From a virus (Duplodnaviria; Heunggongvirae; Uroviricota; Caudoviricetes), in IMG/VR virus record IMGVR_UViG_3300026737_000001: 64,000 bases of DNA. One strand, 5' to 3'. Numbering within the stretch: the stretch's first letter is position 1; each line of letters opens with the position of its first letter. A program made the position numbers and the translations under genes. The notes under the pieces were generated by a model. The model saw nothing but the letters and a program-made list of their open reading frames with translations, ran no database searches and was not told the DNA's origin. Shown here in pieces: positions 1 to 10,371 of this stretch.

Positions 1-1188
1 TTTGAGCATACATTCAGGCAGATTACACTAAAAGACGGCATTGAATATACGGCATGGGTTCAGGCTATCTATGAAAATAAAGATAGTCAGTGGATAAGCG
101 TCAGCGGGTTTATAGCCAATGATGACGGCACAGCCACTATAACAACCAAAGACCAGCACGACGCTCTTTTAGATGAGACTGTTAATTACAGAACAAAAGG
201 GGCTCCAACTAATGAGCCAACACCGACCAATATAGTTGTTAATGAAAACAGTAACGGTTCTTTAGATATTAGAGTCGAGTGGGCACCATATAGTCAGGGT
301 GCAAGAAAAGCAGATATGCTTATTCTTTTCTGGAAAAAAGGTGATGCTTCAGGTCTTGGGGTACCAACAACAGAAGATAGTAATGTTAGTTTTAGTGTGA
401 ACGAAAGCAATAGCGCGTACTACTTATTAGAAGGACTTGCTCCTAATACATTTTATAGATTTGGTATAGCAGCAGCAAGAAGAACAGAGAACGGATTAGA
501 GATTGGCAATATAGTAAGTCCTGTAAGCTGGACAGACGTTGATGTTGGTGATGCAACCATCAATCACGACAATGTAAATGGTTCAGCTGGTGGAGGGACA
601 TTCCTTTTAGACGAAAACGGTATTAGGCATACAAGCGGTAGTTTTAGTATAGACCCCGACGGAAACGCCCATTTTGAAGGCGAGATAGTAATTGGAGGTA
701 CAGCAACTTCAACCAATGACTTAGAAACACAATCAGGGGCACAAAGCAAAGCTGATTCTGCTGAAGAAAACGCTAAATCTTATTCAGAAAATGCTGTTGG
801 TGCTGTTGAAAATTGGACTTCTGATACAACAAATTACACAACTATTTCTGGTGGAGTAGTAAGGACAGGGCAGATTCAGTCAGAAAATTATGAACCACAA
901 ACAAAAGGAGCTCAGGTTGACCTAGATAGCGGCATTATAGATTTTGGTGGAAGATTATACTACGAACCAAACCTAGGATTACTTGTAAACGGAACCATTT
1001 ATGCAGAAGATGGATACATATCTGATGGTGTTACAGTAGGAGCAGAAGGCAAGTCGATACTCAAAACGATAAACGAATCAGTGAAAGAAAAGGTAAATGT
1101 AAAACCCGAAGGTGGTAAGTTGTGGCATTTTGACAAGCACTTCACATCCACCCAGGGAGAAATGATAACAATAATAAAACCAGTTTAA
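1..1188 (+). CDS. tail-fibre-like structural protein (5' partial; reading frame open from base 1)
   Basis: Frame 1 is open from nt 1 and contains the listed ORF 316..1188. The N-terminal segment 'FEHTFRQITLKDGIEYTAWVQ...ANDDGTATITT' is paralogous to the N-terminus of ORF 7951..9837. Gly/Thr/Ser-rich fibre-like composition. Confidence 0.55.
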   Translation, partial: FEHTFRQITLKDGIEYTAWVQAIYENKDSQWISVSGFIANDDGTATITTKDQHDALLDETVNYRTKGAPTNEPTPTNIVVNENSNGSLDIRVEWAPYSQGARKADMLILFWKKGDASGLGVPTTEDSNVSFSVNESNSAYYLLEGLAPNTFYRFGIAAARRTENGLEIGNIVSPVSWTDVDVGDATINHDNVNGSAGGGTFLLDENGIRHTSGSFSIDPDGNAHFEGEIVIGGTATSTNDLETQSGAQSKADSAEENAKSYSENAVGAVENWTSDTTNYTTISGGVVRTGQIQSENYEPQTKGAQVDLDSGIIDFGGRLYYEPNLGLLVNGTIYAEDGYISDGVTVGAEGKSILKTINESVKEKVNVKPEGGKLWHFDKHFTSTQGEMITIIKPV

Positions 1189-1191
1189 GGA

Positions 1192-1599
1192 GTGAGGATA
1201 ATGGCATTACATTTTTATCATGATGCAGCAGGTACTCAAGAAATAACAGAAGCAGATGTAGACCATGAAAGACTTGCTGATGTTGTAGGCAGTACTATTA
1301 TATCAGAAACACAAATTTATATAGGTTCAGATGACCCTAATTTAACATACGAAAATATAGTTGTCAGCACAGTAAATGATTTTGACCATACATCAAACGC
1401 AGGAGAGATTGACATAGAATATGCTTTAGACAGTAATGGAAGTCCAGGTACATACAATCAGGTTTTAAGTGTTCCAAATAATGATTTTGACCCACCTGTA
1501 CCTATCTGGAGAAAGATGACAGCACCAAACATAACAACCGCCTTTACAATAAGTAATATAGAACATCACATAGAAAATTATGACGAATATGTTAAGTAA
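1192..1599 (+). CDS. hypothetical structural protein
   Basis: ORF with RBS GGAGTGAGG immediately upstream and tight spacing to the fibre gene. Confidence 0.45.
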   Translation: MRIMALHFYHDAAGTQEITEADVDHERLADVVGSTIISETQIYIGSDDPNLTYENIVVSTVNDFDHTSNAGEIDIEYALDSNGSPGTYNQVLSVPNNDFDPPVPIWRKMTAPNITTAFTISNIEHHIENYDEYVK

Positions 1600-1648
1600 T
1601 TAGTTTAGTAATATTTATAATACTTAACAATAGAAAGGAGTTTTTAGC

Positions 1649-4600
1649 TTGTCATTAGACTACAGTATTGAGAGTAGAGATTGGGGTAATACAGATGTAA
1701 ATGTTAATGTAACTGACCCTGATGGGTTTAATGGGGTTAGGCATGATAACAAATATACTGCCCTTAATTTTGATGGTGTTGATGATTATGTAGAAATGTC
1801 TACAATAAGACCACAAACAGGAGCATTAACTATCAGTGCTTGGGTTAAGTTAAAATCATATTCAACTAATGGTGTTAGTTTTATAGGTGGTGAAGGAAAT
1901 ACTAGCAGTCTTGGATATTGGCTTGGTATCAGGAGCAGTGGAGAACCAACATTCGCATTAGAATCCCAACTCAATGCTAGTTCGAAAATTTCATTAAATG
2001 AACCAGTTTACATAACTGGTGTATGGGATGGCTTAGAGCAAAGAATTTATATAAATGGAGTTTTGAGCAACTCTATTTCAACCACAATAAGTGTAATTGA
2101 TTATACTGATATTGCACCATTTAGGTTGGCTAAAATTACATCACTTAATACTAACAGGCTTTGGTCCGGAAAAATAGGAAGATTTGAATTATGGGGCAAT
2201 GCATTAACCGAAACAGAAATAAATAAATATATGAGAAAAGCTCCATTTGGTACCGAGTCAGGCTTAATATCTTTTTGGGATATAAATAATAATAGCGGAA
2301 CAACAGTTTTTGACATGGCAGGAACAAATGACGGTACAATTTATGGAGCTACCTGGACAGATACTAATTTTTTGGAAGGTCAATTTAATAATGCAAAAGT
2401 TATTGATAATAATTTAGAACTAATAAGATTTAATAATTATGCTAGCTATAATATAGATAAAGATATTGTTGATTTATATAGTGGAACCAGATACCCTCCT
2501 GCTACTGATAACTATACATACAGAGATGATGGTAGAATATATTCTTCATTATATGTTCCAAGAGGTACTGAAAATATTATAGCAACAAAAGCAACTACAG
2601 CCTTGTGGGGGGCTGGAGGTTTTGAAGGTGGAGACTGTGAAGTTATAACTGACACAAGTTGTCCTGTTGGTGATGGAAAAGTTATTAAATTAGATGCAAC
2701 CACAAATACTAGCTTTGAAGATTTAGGCTCTGTTACATTTACAGATACAGAACTTAATACTGGAGATATATATACTCTATCTTGGTGGTTTAAGGGCAAT
2801 TCCCAACCGGCTTATGCTGATAGAATATACTACACTGATGGCACTTGGTCAAGGGCTACAAAAACGTGGAAATCTCAACCATCTCCTGACCCTAATAATT
2901 GGCAGTATTATGAAGTAGAGATGTTAATACAAGATAATGGAGGGAAGACATATTCTTCTTGGAAAGTACCAAGATTTTTTTATGGTTCTACTGATGATAC
3001 AAGCATTGGATATTTTTCACCATTCCAACTTGAAAAAAAGTCTTATGCAACAGACTTTATTAATGGCACTAGAACAGGTGCTGGATTATCTTATACTCCA
3101 TCATCTTTTGGAGTTGATTTTAATAGTAAAAATTGGACAGTAATGGCCTGGGTTAAATATGGAGAGACAATTACGGCTGGTACACGTTCAACAGCCTTTG
3201 AGCTTGGAAGTTACTATATAGCAGGAGAAACTGATATAGGTGTAGGCACTAGGACATCTACCAACAGACTTAATCTTTATGGTTATGAAAATAAAGCAGG
3301 GCAATTTGGAGGAGGTATTAACTTAACCCCATCAGAGGCTAAGGACTGGATATTAGTTGCTTTAACCTGCAATAGCTCTAAATTAACACTTCATACAGTG
3401 TCAAATGAAAGCGGCTATCAGAGTGTGACTGATGATGCAAATTGGGATACCTCTGCAAACCCTATTAGGGATAATTTATTTGTTGGCAGGTATGGGTGGA
3501 ACAATGGAGAAATTAATGGAAATATAGAGGATTTAGTTGTTGTTCCATATGAAATAACAGGCTCACAAATAGAAAAGATTGGTCTCCAGGCAGAAAATGC
3601 TGCTGGAATCTCAAGTGGCTCCTATATCTCAAAACAAATTGATTTGTCCAACATGAACAGTGTTTCAAATAGCAATATTTCATGGGGGTATGGTTTTAAT
3701 AATTCGTATTATATTGTTGGGACAGGGATGGAAGATAACAACTCAGCCCACAGCATATTAATTAATGGAGCAGAAAAATCACTAGATTCAAGAGGTTTAA
3801 ATTTAGTTAGGTTAGACAGTAACGGGGACTACATAGAAAGTAAGAGTTATGACACACATGGAAGTTCTGCAGAAAGTGATGCTTGTGCTACATATATAAA
3901 TGGGTTGCCAAATACTGATTATTTAATAGTTGCATCTCAAGACCAGGCTGCTGGGGCGGCTTCAGGAGCAAGTTCTGGTAATTTGACTCAATCCTGTATT
4001 GATGCTATAGCAAATAGACTTTCTAGCACATCTATATCTACTTTGGAATATAGAAGTAATTGGTTAATTTTCTCAAAAATAGATGGAGAAAAAATTGTTG
4101 AAAAGTATAGAAGTAGACAAACAGGGAATGTTAAGTGGGCTCATGACATAAGCGTGGAAACAAGTGCAGATAATCAAGCAACTTGGCAAAGTGTTAGTAA
4201 CGGAGGGCAAATTCAAAGTTCTATGAATTCAGCAGACTCCCTTTATATAAAGGCAACATTAAAAACTGAAGATGGAACAGTAAGTACTTTTTTAGATAGT
4301 CTGACAGTAGAGATAGAAACCCCGATTCAATATAAGTGGGATTCAAATACAACAACCCCCTCCTTGTGGGATGAAATAACAGCAAATCCTGTAACACAAT
4401 CTTCCGACGGAATCTGGTATTTGCATACAAAATATTTTGAAAATAATGAACCAGTTACTGAGTATAAAGGTACTTTCAATATTGACAAAACTCCGCCAGT
4501 ATCTCCAAATGTAACATTAGTAAATAATACCAGCCATTCACTTTCTCTAAGCTGGACGGCTGAAGACAGCCTGAGCGGCCTTGATTATGTCCGACTTTAT

Positions 4601-7600
4601 GTTCAAAAATCTGATTCAGGAAATGCTCATGTTGCCGATATAGATATTGATGGCAATGGAACAACTGAATACAGTCTTCCTATTGGAACTCAAACATCAT
4701 ATACGGTTGATGGGCTTGAAGAATATCAACATTACAGATATTATATTAGAGTTTATGATAAGGCTGGGAATATAGCAAATGATGGTTACCACCTAATGAT
4801 AACTGATGACATTACAGAACCTGTAGTAGGCTATAATTTAAATAGCAGAGACTGGCTAAACACAAATGTAGATGAGGTAATTAATGTTGATGACCAGGCG
4901 GGTTCTGGTGTAGCAGAGGCATGGTATAAGTGGACTAACTCAGCTGTTCAACCTACTGATGGATGGATTGTAATGGGAACAACTACTAATTTCAATACCT
5001 CTCAATCACAAGAAGGTGAATGGTATTTACACATCAAAGCAACTGATAATTATTCAAATACAGCCTATGACTACTCAGGACCGTACAAGATAGATAAAAC
5101 AGCACCAGTAATCAACTCAACCAATATAACGCTCGATTCACCAACAAATGTCTATGATACCTATACAGCAACAATAGAATGGGATGTAGAGGATGCTTAT
5201 AGTGGTGTTAATAAGACAGAGTTAGGATTTTATAAGGGGTCAAACGGCTTGGAGTTTGATGGTGTTAATGATTATGTGGATTGCGGAAATAGTACAGAAC
5301 TAGATATTACAGAGAGTATAACATTAGAGTGCTGGGTTAAAGGGAACCATCTTGGAAGTTGGGATAGGATTCTTGCCAAAGGATATGACAACTCATGGTT
5401 TTTGGGTACTTTTGATACTAATGGTACAGCAAGATTCAGGTTAGACTCTAACTCAAGCATGATAGCACAATTAGAAAGCAACACTATAATTCAAGATGGC
5501 AAATGGCATCACATTTCCGGAACTTATGATGGTGCTCAATTAAAGCTTTATATTGATGGAATTCTAGAAAATCAAACATCTGGTACTGGGCTTATAAATA
5601 TTGTTACATCTAATTTATATATTGGAGATGTAGACTTTACTTCCAGTTTTGCATATTCTGGTGTGGTAAAAGATGCAAGAATCTGGAACACAGCCAGAAC
5701 AGCCGACCAGATTAAAGATAATATGTACACCAAACTAACAGGCAACGAAACTGGCCTCGTCGCTTACTACCCAATGGACGAAGACACAGGAACCACCCTG
5801 ATAGACAAAGCAGGTTCTAATAACGGCACAATAAATGGTGCTACCTGGGATGAAGGTGGATGGTACTACGATGAAAACACCTTGCCTGATGGTATAACAA
5901 CTAATGTTGACATGGATAATATAACAGGTGGTGGTGTAAAGAGTGCTACTTTTAATAATATACCAAGAGAAGTAGAGATAGGTGCAGAGTTTAATGTAAT
6001 AGATAATGCTACTAATAATATTAAAAAAAGAAGTGATAATAATTGTTTAAGTTTTGATGGTGTTGATGATTATGTGAAAATAAATAATGTAGGATTTAAC
6101 TCAGAACAAATAACTATTGAGTTCTGGGCTAAAATAAACACATCTTCAGGTAAGAATTATGCTTTTGATACAGGGGACGAAAGAGACCCATTGATGAAGT
6201 GGGATGATGGTGACACTTCTGTAATAATTTGGGGGCTTGGTTCTACAGGATATACCAATTATTCCCAGGGTTATAAAATAGGTGAGTTTGCTCATTATGC
6301 TTTAACTTATGACAATTCTACTGAGAGATTATATATAAATGGAGATGAAGTTGATAGCAAAACAGGTTCAGAAATTGTAAATTTTGATGATTTATGGATA
6401 GGTAATTATAATAATTTAGGTTATTCAATTGATGGGCTTATTTACGATTTTCAAATCTGGAACAAAGCACTAACCCAAACAGAAATACAAAACTACATGC
6501 ACAACAAGCCTGACCCTAACGACCCTAACTTAGTTGCATACTACCCCTTCTCAGAAGGGAGTGGAAATACTCTCTATGATGTAACACCTAATAGTAATCA
6601 TGGAACTATTAATGGGGCTACATGGGAGAAAGAATATGATTATGCGCTTAGTTTTGATGGTAATGAGTATATTACTATACCAGATGTAGCTGAAGAAATA
6701 CATGGTGGAACAGAAGCTACTATTGAATTTTGGTGTAGAGCAGATGAATTATATTCAACCGGAAGTGGAATAGTTCAACTTTCTGGATTTGAAAGTACTA
6801 ATGGCAACTTATATCCTTATAATTCTTTTACTAAAGTGTACTTAGATGTTTTTAGAACTGACAGAATTGGCCCAATTTACACTAATTCTCCAGTAAATGA
6901 GCTTCATCATTTTGCAATAACAACAACTCCTGGAACTGACGGCTGGAGGTTTTATCAAAACGGAGAGCTGATTCATTCTGCTACTGGACCGGGTAGCGTA
7001 TCTGCTAATTATAATGATTTTACTCTTGGGTTTAATTCAGGAAACAGATATCTGCACGGAATAATGAATGATGTTAGAATCTGGAACACAGCCAGAACCC
7101 AAACCGAAATCCAGGAAAATATGCATAAAGAATTAACAGGTGACGAGTCTGGATTGGTTGCCTACTACAAGATGAACGAGTTTTCAGGCAACACTTTAAT
7201 CGACCACGCAGGTGATAATGACGGCCGGATAGAGGGAGCACACTGGGTTGATAAAGAAGGAAATGAGATTTATACACCAAGAATCATAAATGTTAGAACA
7301 GTAACAACTAATTCTGACTATGAAATGGGAATAAACTCAGATTATAAATCTCAAACAGAATACGAAACTGGTATCAACAAAGATTACCAGTCGCCAAGTT
7401 CTCAAATAATAGATGTTTTATCAAAGTCATACGATTCTCCTACACTCTACGAAATAGGTAAAAGAACAAATTATAAATCACAAACATTATATGAAGCAGG
7501 CATAAACAAAACAGAAGGTCCGGCACCTTCACTACAGGATATCTTGGTATTGTATGACGAACCTATCTTAGTAAGCGGTAAATTCTCGCAAGGCATAAGG

Positions 7601-7951
7601 CTAGGTCTATCAGACTTAGAAATTGATATCAGCGATTTTACTGAATGGACAATGCATGTATTTAGAAGAGGTATAGACGATAGTGAGTTTAGAACAATAT
7701 TCATCAACTCAAATGGAGAAGTTTATGTTGATAACGAAATAAACAATGAGTATGATGTTAGCTGGTTTGAGAGCACAAATGAAAAAATAACTATTAAAAG
7801 TGGGGCCATTGATATAGATGAGCTTTTAGTTTTTCCACAGATAATAGACCAAAAACAGATTGGCAGAATGGGTGGGTCACCGTTTTATGACCCTAACAGA
7901 AGTGTAAAAATTGATATGCCGGATTCAGTCGATATGGAGGTAATGCAATAA
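1649..7951 (+). CDS. giant (2100 aa) tail-fibre/adhesin protein with four LamG/ConA-like lectin repeats and FN3-like modules
   Basis: TTG start preceded by RBS AAAGGAG. Four repeats carry the 'L(N/E/S)FDGV(D/N)DYV' signature at aa ~43, ~1204, ~1468 and ~1667. The downstream motifs 'LVAYYP(M/F)' and 'NG(T/A)INGATW' are typical of LamG_3 domains. An FN3-like segment reads 'PPVSPNVTLVNNTSHSLSLSWTAEDSLSGLDYVRLYV'. Confidence 0.7.
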   Translation: MSLDYSIESRDWGNTDVNVNVTDPDGFNGVRHDNKYTALNFDGVDDYVEMSTIRPQTGALTISAWVKLKSYSTNGVSFIGGEGNTSSLGYWLGIRSSGEPTFALESQLNASSKISLNEPVYITGVWDGLEQRIYINGVLSNSISTTISVIDYTDIAPFRLAKITSLNTNRLWSGKIGRFELWGNALTETEINKYMRKAPFGTESGLISFWDINNNSGTTVFDMAGTNDGTIYGATWTDTNFLEGQFNNAKVIDNNLELIRFNNYASYNIDKDIVDLYSGTRYPPATDNYTYRDDGRIYSSLYVPRGTENIIATKATTALWGAGGFEGGDCEVITDTSCPVGDGKVIKLDATTNTSFEDLGSVTFTDTELNTGDIYTLSWWFKGNSQPAYADRIYYTDGTWSRATKTWKSQPSPDPNNWQYYEVEMLIQDNGGKTYSSWKVPRFFYGSTDDTSIGYFSPFQLEKKSYATDFINGTRTGAGLSYTPSSFGVDFNSKNWTVMAWVKYGETITAGTRSTAFELGSYYIAGETDIGVGTRTSTNRLNLYGYENKAGQFGGGINLTPSEAKDWILVALTCNSSKLTLHTVSNESGYQSVTDDANWDTSANPIRDNLFVGRYGWNNGEINGNIEDLVVVPYEITGSQIEKIGLQAENAAGISSGSYISKQIDLSNMNSVSNSNISWGYGFNNSYYIVGTGMEDNNSAHSILINGAEKSLDSRGLNLVRLDSNGDYIESKSYDTHGSSAESDACATYINGLPNTDYLIVASQDQAAGAASGASSGNLTQSCIDAIANRLSSTSISTLEYRSNWLIFSKIDGEKIVEKYRSRQTGNVKWAHDISVETSADNQATWQSVSNGGQIQSSMNSADSLYIKATLKTEDGTVSTFLDSLTVEIETPIQYKWDSNTTTPSLWDEITANPVTQSSDGIWYLHTKYFENNEPVTEYKGTFNIDKTPPVSPNVTLVNNTSHSLSLSWTAEDSLSGLDYVRLYVQKSDSGNAHVADIDIDGNGTTEYSLPIGTQTSYTVDGLEEYQHYRYYIRVYDKAGNIANDGYHLMITDDITEPVVGYNLNSRDWLNTNVDEVINVDDQAGSGVAEAWYKWTNSAVQPTDGWIVMGTTTNFNTSQSQEGEWYLHIKATDNYSNTAYDYSGPYKIDKTAPVINSTNITLDSPTNVYDTYTATIEWDVEDAYSGVNKTELGFYKGSNGLEFDGVNDYVDCGNSTELDITESITLECWVKGNHLGSWDRILAKGYDNSWFLGTFDTNGTARFRLDSNSSMIAQLESNTIIQDGKWHHISGTYDGAQLKLYIDGILENQTSGTGLINIVTSNLYIGDVDFTSSFAYSGVVKDARIWNTARTADQIKDNMYTKLTGNETGLVAYYPMDEDTGTTLIDKAGSNNGTINGATWDEGGWYYDENTLPDGITTNVDMDNITGGGVKSATFNNIPREVEIGAEFNVIDNATNNIKKRSDNNCLSFDGVDDYVKINNVGFNSEQITIEFWAKINTSSGKNYAFDTGDERDPLMKWDDGDTSVIIWGLGSTGYTNYSQGYKIGEFAHYALTYDNSTERLYINGDEVDSKTGSEIVNFDDLWIGNYNNLGYSIDGLIYDFQIWNKALTQTEIQNYMHNKPDPNDPNLVAYYPFSEGSGNTLYDVTPNSNHGTINGATWEKEYDYALSFDGNEYITIPDVAEEIHGGTEATIEFWCRADELYSTGSGIVQLSGFESTNGNLYPYNSFTKVYLDVFRTDRIGPIYTNSPVNELHHFAITTTPGTDGWRFYQNGELIHSATGPGSVSANYNDFTLGFNSGNRYLHGIMNDVRIWNTARTQTEIQENMHKELTGDESGLVAYYKMNEFSGNTLIDHAGDNDGRIEGAHWVDKEGNEIYTPRIINVRTVTTNSDYEMGINSDYKSQTEYETGINKDYQSPSSQIIDVLSKSYDSPTLYEIGKRTNYKSQTLYEAGINKTEGPAPSLQDILVLYDEPILVSGKFSQGIRLGLSDLEIDISDFTEWTMHVFRRGIDDSEFRTIFINSNGEVYVDNEINNEYDVSWFESTNEKITIKSGAIDIDELLVFPQIIDQKQIGRMGGSPFYDPNRSVKIDMPDSVDMEVMQ
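7310..7515 (+). repeat. degenerate short tandem peptide repeats (~'NxDYKSQTEYE(T/A)GINK') near the C-terminus of the giant protein
   Basis: Translated repeats 'INSDYKSQTEYETGINKDYQS...TNYKSQTLYEAGINKTEG' are visible by eye. Confidence 0.4.
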
Positions 7952-9837
7952 TGGCGAAGATACTTAAAGATATATATGTGTCTTGGACCTGGGAAGGAGA
8001 CGAAATGTTACTTGAGGGGTTTAATGTAGCAATAGCCCCCCAAGGCTCTGACCCTAACACAGAGGCAATAATTATACAAAAAACAAGTTCAGAAAAAACA
8101 GATATATTAAATAGAGGTACAACTCAGTACGAGCATATTTTTAGAAATATAACATTAAATAAAGACACAAACTACATAGCATGGGTTCAGTCTCTAACTG
8201 ATGGCTTTGATTCAGAATGGCTGTCAGCAACAGGTATCAACGTTTCTGATGATGGCAAAGCTACAATAGCTACTACTGATGCTGATGGCAACCCAATAAC
8301 TTCTTCTGGTGGAGATGTTACTATAGATTCAGCAGGTATAACTGTAGTAAATGGAGCTTTTAAACTAGTAAACTCTTCAGGCTCAATCACAATAGATAAC
8401 ACTGGTATAACAGCAAATGACGGCTCTAAAGACACATTCAAAATAGATAGTAATGGCAACGCATCATTTAGCGGTTCAGTAAATGTAGGCTCAAATATTG
8501 CCGGTATTGATACAAGCGCCGAAGACTTAGAAACAGTAAGTGGTTCTACATTAAAATCTTCAGGTTCTTGGCTACGGAATGGCTTTGAAGATGGAGAGTT
8601 TGATATGTGGTCTTCTGGAGTAGTTAGGGAAACAGATAGTTTTTCTGGGAATTATTCAGGGCTTTTTACTTCATCAAATACTTCTCCAGCTTCAAGTGGC
8701 TCCATTGGTGAACCTTCAATGACTATACCCGAAGAAATAGCACTAAGTTTGGCAGGTAAGAGAGTAAGAATTTCAGTTTTTGCTAAATGGCCAGAAGTAA
8801 ATGAGTCAAGCGAATTTGCTGTATCTTATTCAACAAATGACACTGGAAATAGTGGATGGCATCACTTTAATCAAGATATAGATTGGAAAAGATTTTCATT
8901 TTACTACACTGTTCCAGAGCCAGTTGCTGGAGGGGTTGATTATATTGGTATATGGGGTGACACATCTGGTTTGGGTGGTGGCGTTTTAATAGATAATGTC
9001 GTAATAGAAACTATGCCTGGTTCAGAAAATAATAGCATAATCATCGATGATGCTGGAATAAAAACTTTAGGTACAGATGGAGACTATTCAATATTAACAG
9101 ATGACTCTCTTATTTTTTATCAGAACGGGGTTTCAACACCTCATTACTATTCTAAAAGAGTTGCTTATGGAGTAGCCCAAGATGGTGACTATATTAATCT
9201 AGGGTGGAAAAATGAACCAAAAGTTTCTACTGCTATAAGGCAGTTAAGAAGTTACTCAGCTGGTTACCCCTCAAGAAATCAAACATATGAGTCTTATGCA
9301 TCCGGAATTGATGCTGACGGGTTTTATGTTTACGGTCGTTCAACAATTAAAGGTACTTCTGGCTCTACAGCAATTGGTGCCAAGATTTCGGCACAGGGTT
9401 CAGCTTATTCATATATGGGGTCATATTCATCAACAAACGATTCTGCTGCCTATAATACAACTACTGGCATAGTGGCAGGGGGCACTAGTTACTTAAAGAT
9501 TCAGTTTTATGTTAATAGCTCGTCTTCTCAACATTCAAGTCTAGCACCTAGGGGTGTTAGGATATATTACAAAATAGAGGGTGCTGGAAGCTGGACTCAT
9601 TATAAAAATTACCAAAATATTGGTGTCGGAAGATATTACTGCGAAATACCAGGATTAGCTGCTAATAGATATCAGGTAAGAATGTATGTATACGCAAATG
9701 CTTATGCTAATACAAATGAATTGGACACAAAAACTTCACAAATAACTGCAACACTCGAGAGTGTTTATTATACAGCTAACGAAACCACAATAGATTATGG
9801 AGATGTAATGTGGATTGCAGTTGAAGGAGGAGCTTAA
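7951..9837 (+). CDS. tail-fibre-like protein (paralogous N-terminal module to the ORF at 1..1188)
   Basis: The ATG overlaps the previous stop (TAATG). The N-terminus 'YEHIFRNITLNKDTNYIAWVQS...DDGKATIATT' matches the window-start ORF. Ser/Gly-rich. Confidence 0.6.
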   Translation: MAKILKDIYVSWTWEGDEMLLEGFNVAIAPQGSDPNTEAIIIQKTSSEKTDILNRGTTQYEHIFRNITLNKDTNYIAWVQSLTDGFDSEWLSATGINVSDDGKATIATTDADGNPITSSGGDVTIDSAGITVVNGAFKLVNSSGSITIDNTGITANDGSKDTFKIDSNGNASFSGSVNVGSNIAGIDTSAEDLETVSGSTLKSSGSWLRNGFEDGEFDMWSSGVVRETDSFSGNYSGLFTSSNTSPASSGSIGEPSMTIPEEIALSLAGKRVRISVFAKWPEVNESSEFAVSYSTNDTGNSGWHHFNQDIDWKRFSFYYTVPEPVAGGVDYIGIWGDTSGLGGGVLIDNVVIETMPGSENNSIIIDDAGIKTLGTDGDYSILTDDSLIFYQNGVSTPHYYSKRVAYGVAQDGDYINLGWKNEPKVSTAIRQLRSYSAGYPSRNQTYESYASGIDADGFYVYGRSTIKGTSGSTAIGAKISAQGSAYSYMGSYSSTNDSAAYNTTTGIVAGGTSYLKIQFYVNSSSSQHSSLAPRGVRIYYKIEGAGSWTHYKNYQNIGVGRYYCEIPGLAANRYQVRMYVYANAYANTNELDTKTSQITATLESVYYTANETTIDYGDVMWIAVEGGA

Positions 9838-10347
9838 ATGCCTAGCAGATTATTATTTGATAAAAGAAACAAAGAAATATTAAGGTGTCAGCCTGAACCC
9901 TTCGGTAGCGCAGGTCTTCCGAGTTTTGAAGCATTATGCAATTCTGCAAGGGTACCGCTTGATGAAATCCAATACATGAATACTATAGTTATAAACGAAG
10001 ATATACTTACAAGAGAGGCTAAATCAAATTTTTACTTAAGTGAAAATGATAATGGCAGTATTGTTCTGATAGAGAAGCCAGAAGCACTTATAGTTTTAGA
10101 AAATGAAATTATTAATATATCTGCCGATAATACAGCAACAATAAGAGTTTATTTAGACAATCTAAACTCTTATATAGATTATAGTTATGTAACACTTAAT
10201 ATTAACGGAGTTGAATTTAATGTAAAGATAGATATTAATACATATGAAGGCTTAAAGTATATAAAAATTGAAGAGGCAGGAGAGTATATAATATCAGGTA
10301 GTGATGACAGATTTAATATTAATGAAGTTATGATAAGTGCAGTTTAA
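9838..10347 (+). CDS. hypothetical structural/assembly protein
   Basis: ATG immediately after the preceding stop, so translationally coupled. Confidence 0.4.
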   Translation: MPSRLLFDKRNKEILRCQPEPFGSAGLPSFEALCNSARVPLDEIQYMNTIVINEDILTREAKSNFYLSENDNGSIVLIEKPEALIVLENEIINISADNTATIRVYLDNLNSYIDYSYVTLNINGVEFNVKIDINTYEGLKYIKIEEAGEYIISGSDDRFNINEVMISAV

Positions 10348-10371
10348 AACAAGAAATGGAGGTGTTGTTTT

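Noticed and set aside
564-7707. Many short antisense ORFs listed inside the tail-fibre genes (e.g. 564..749, 1786..1974, 2101..2339, 2512..2799, 4221..4664, 5272..5484, 7074..7280, 7471..7707)
   Set aside because: They lie fully within long, motif-supported + strand genes, have no RBS, and have low-complexity translations. They are shadow ORFs.
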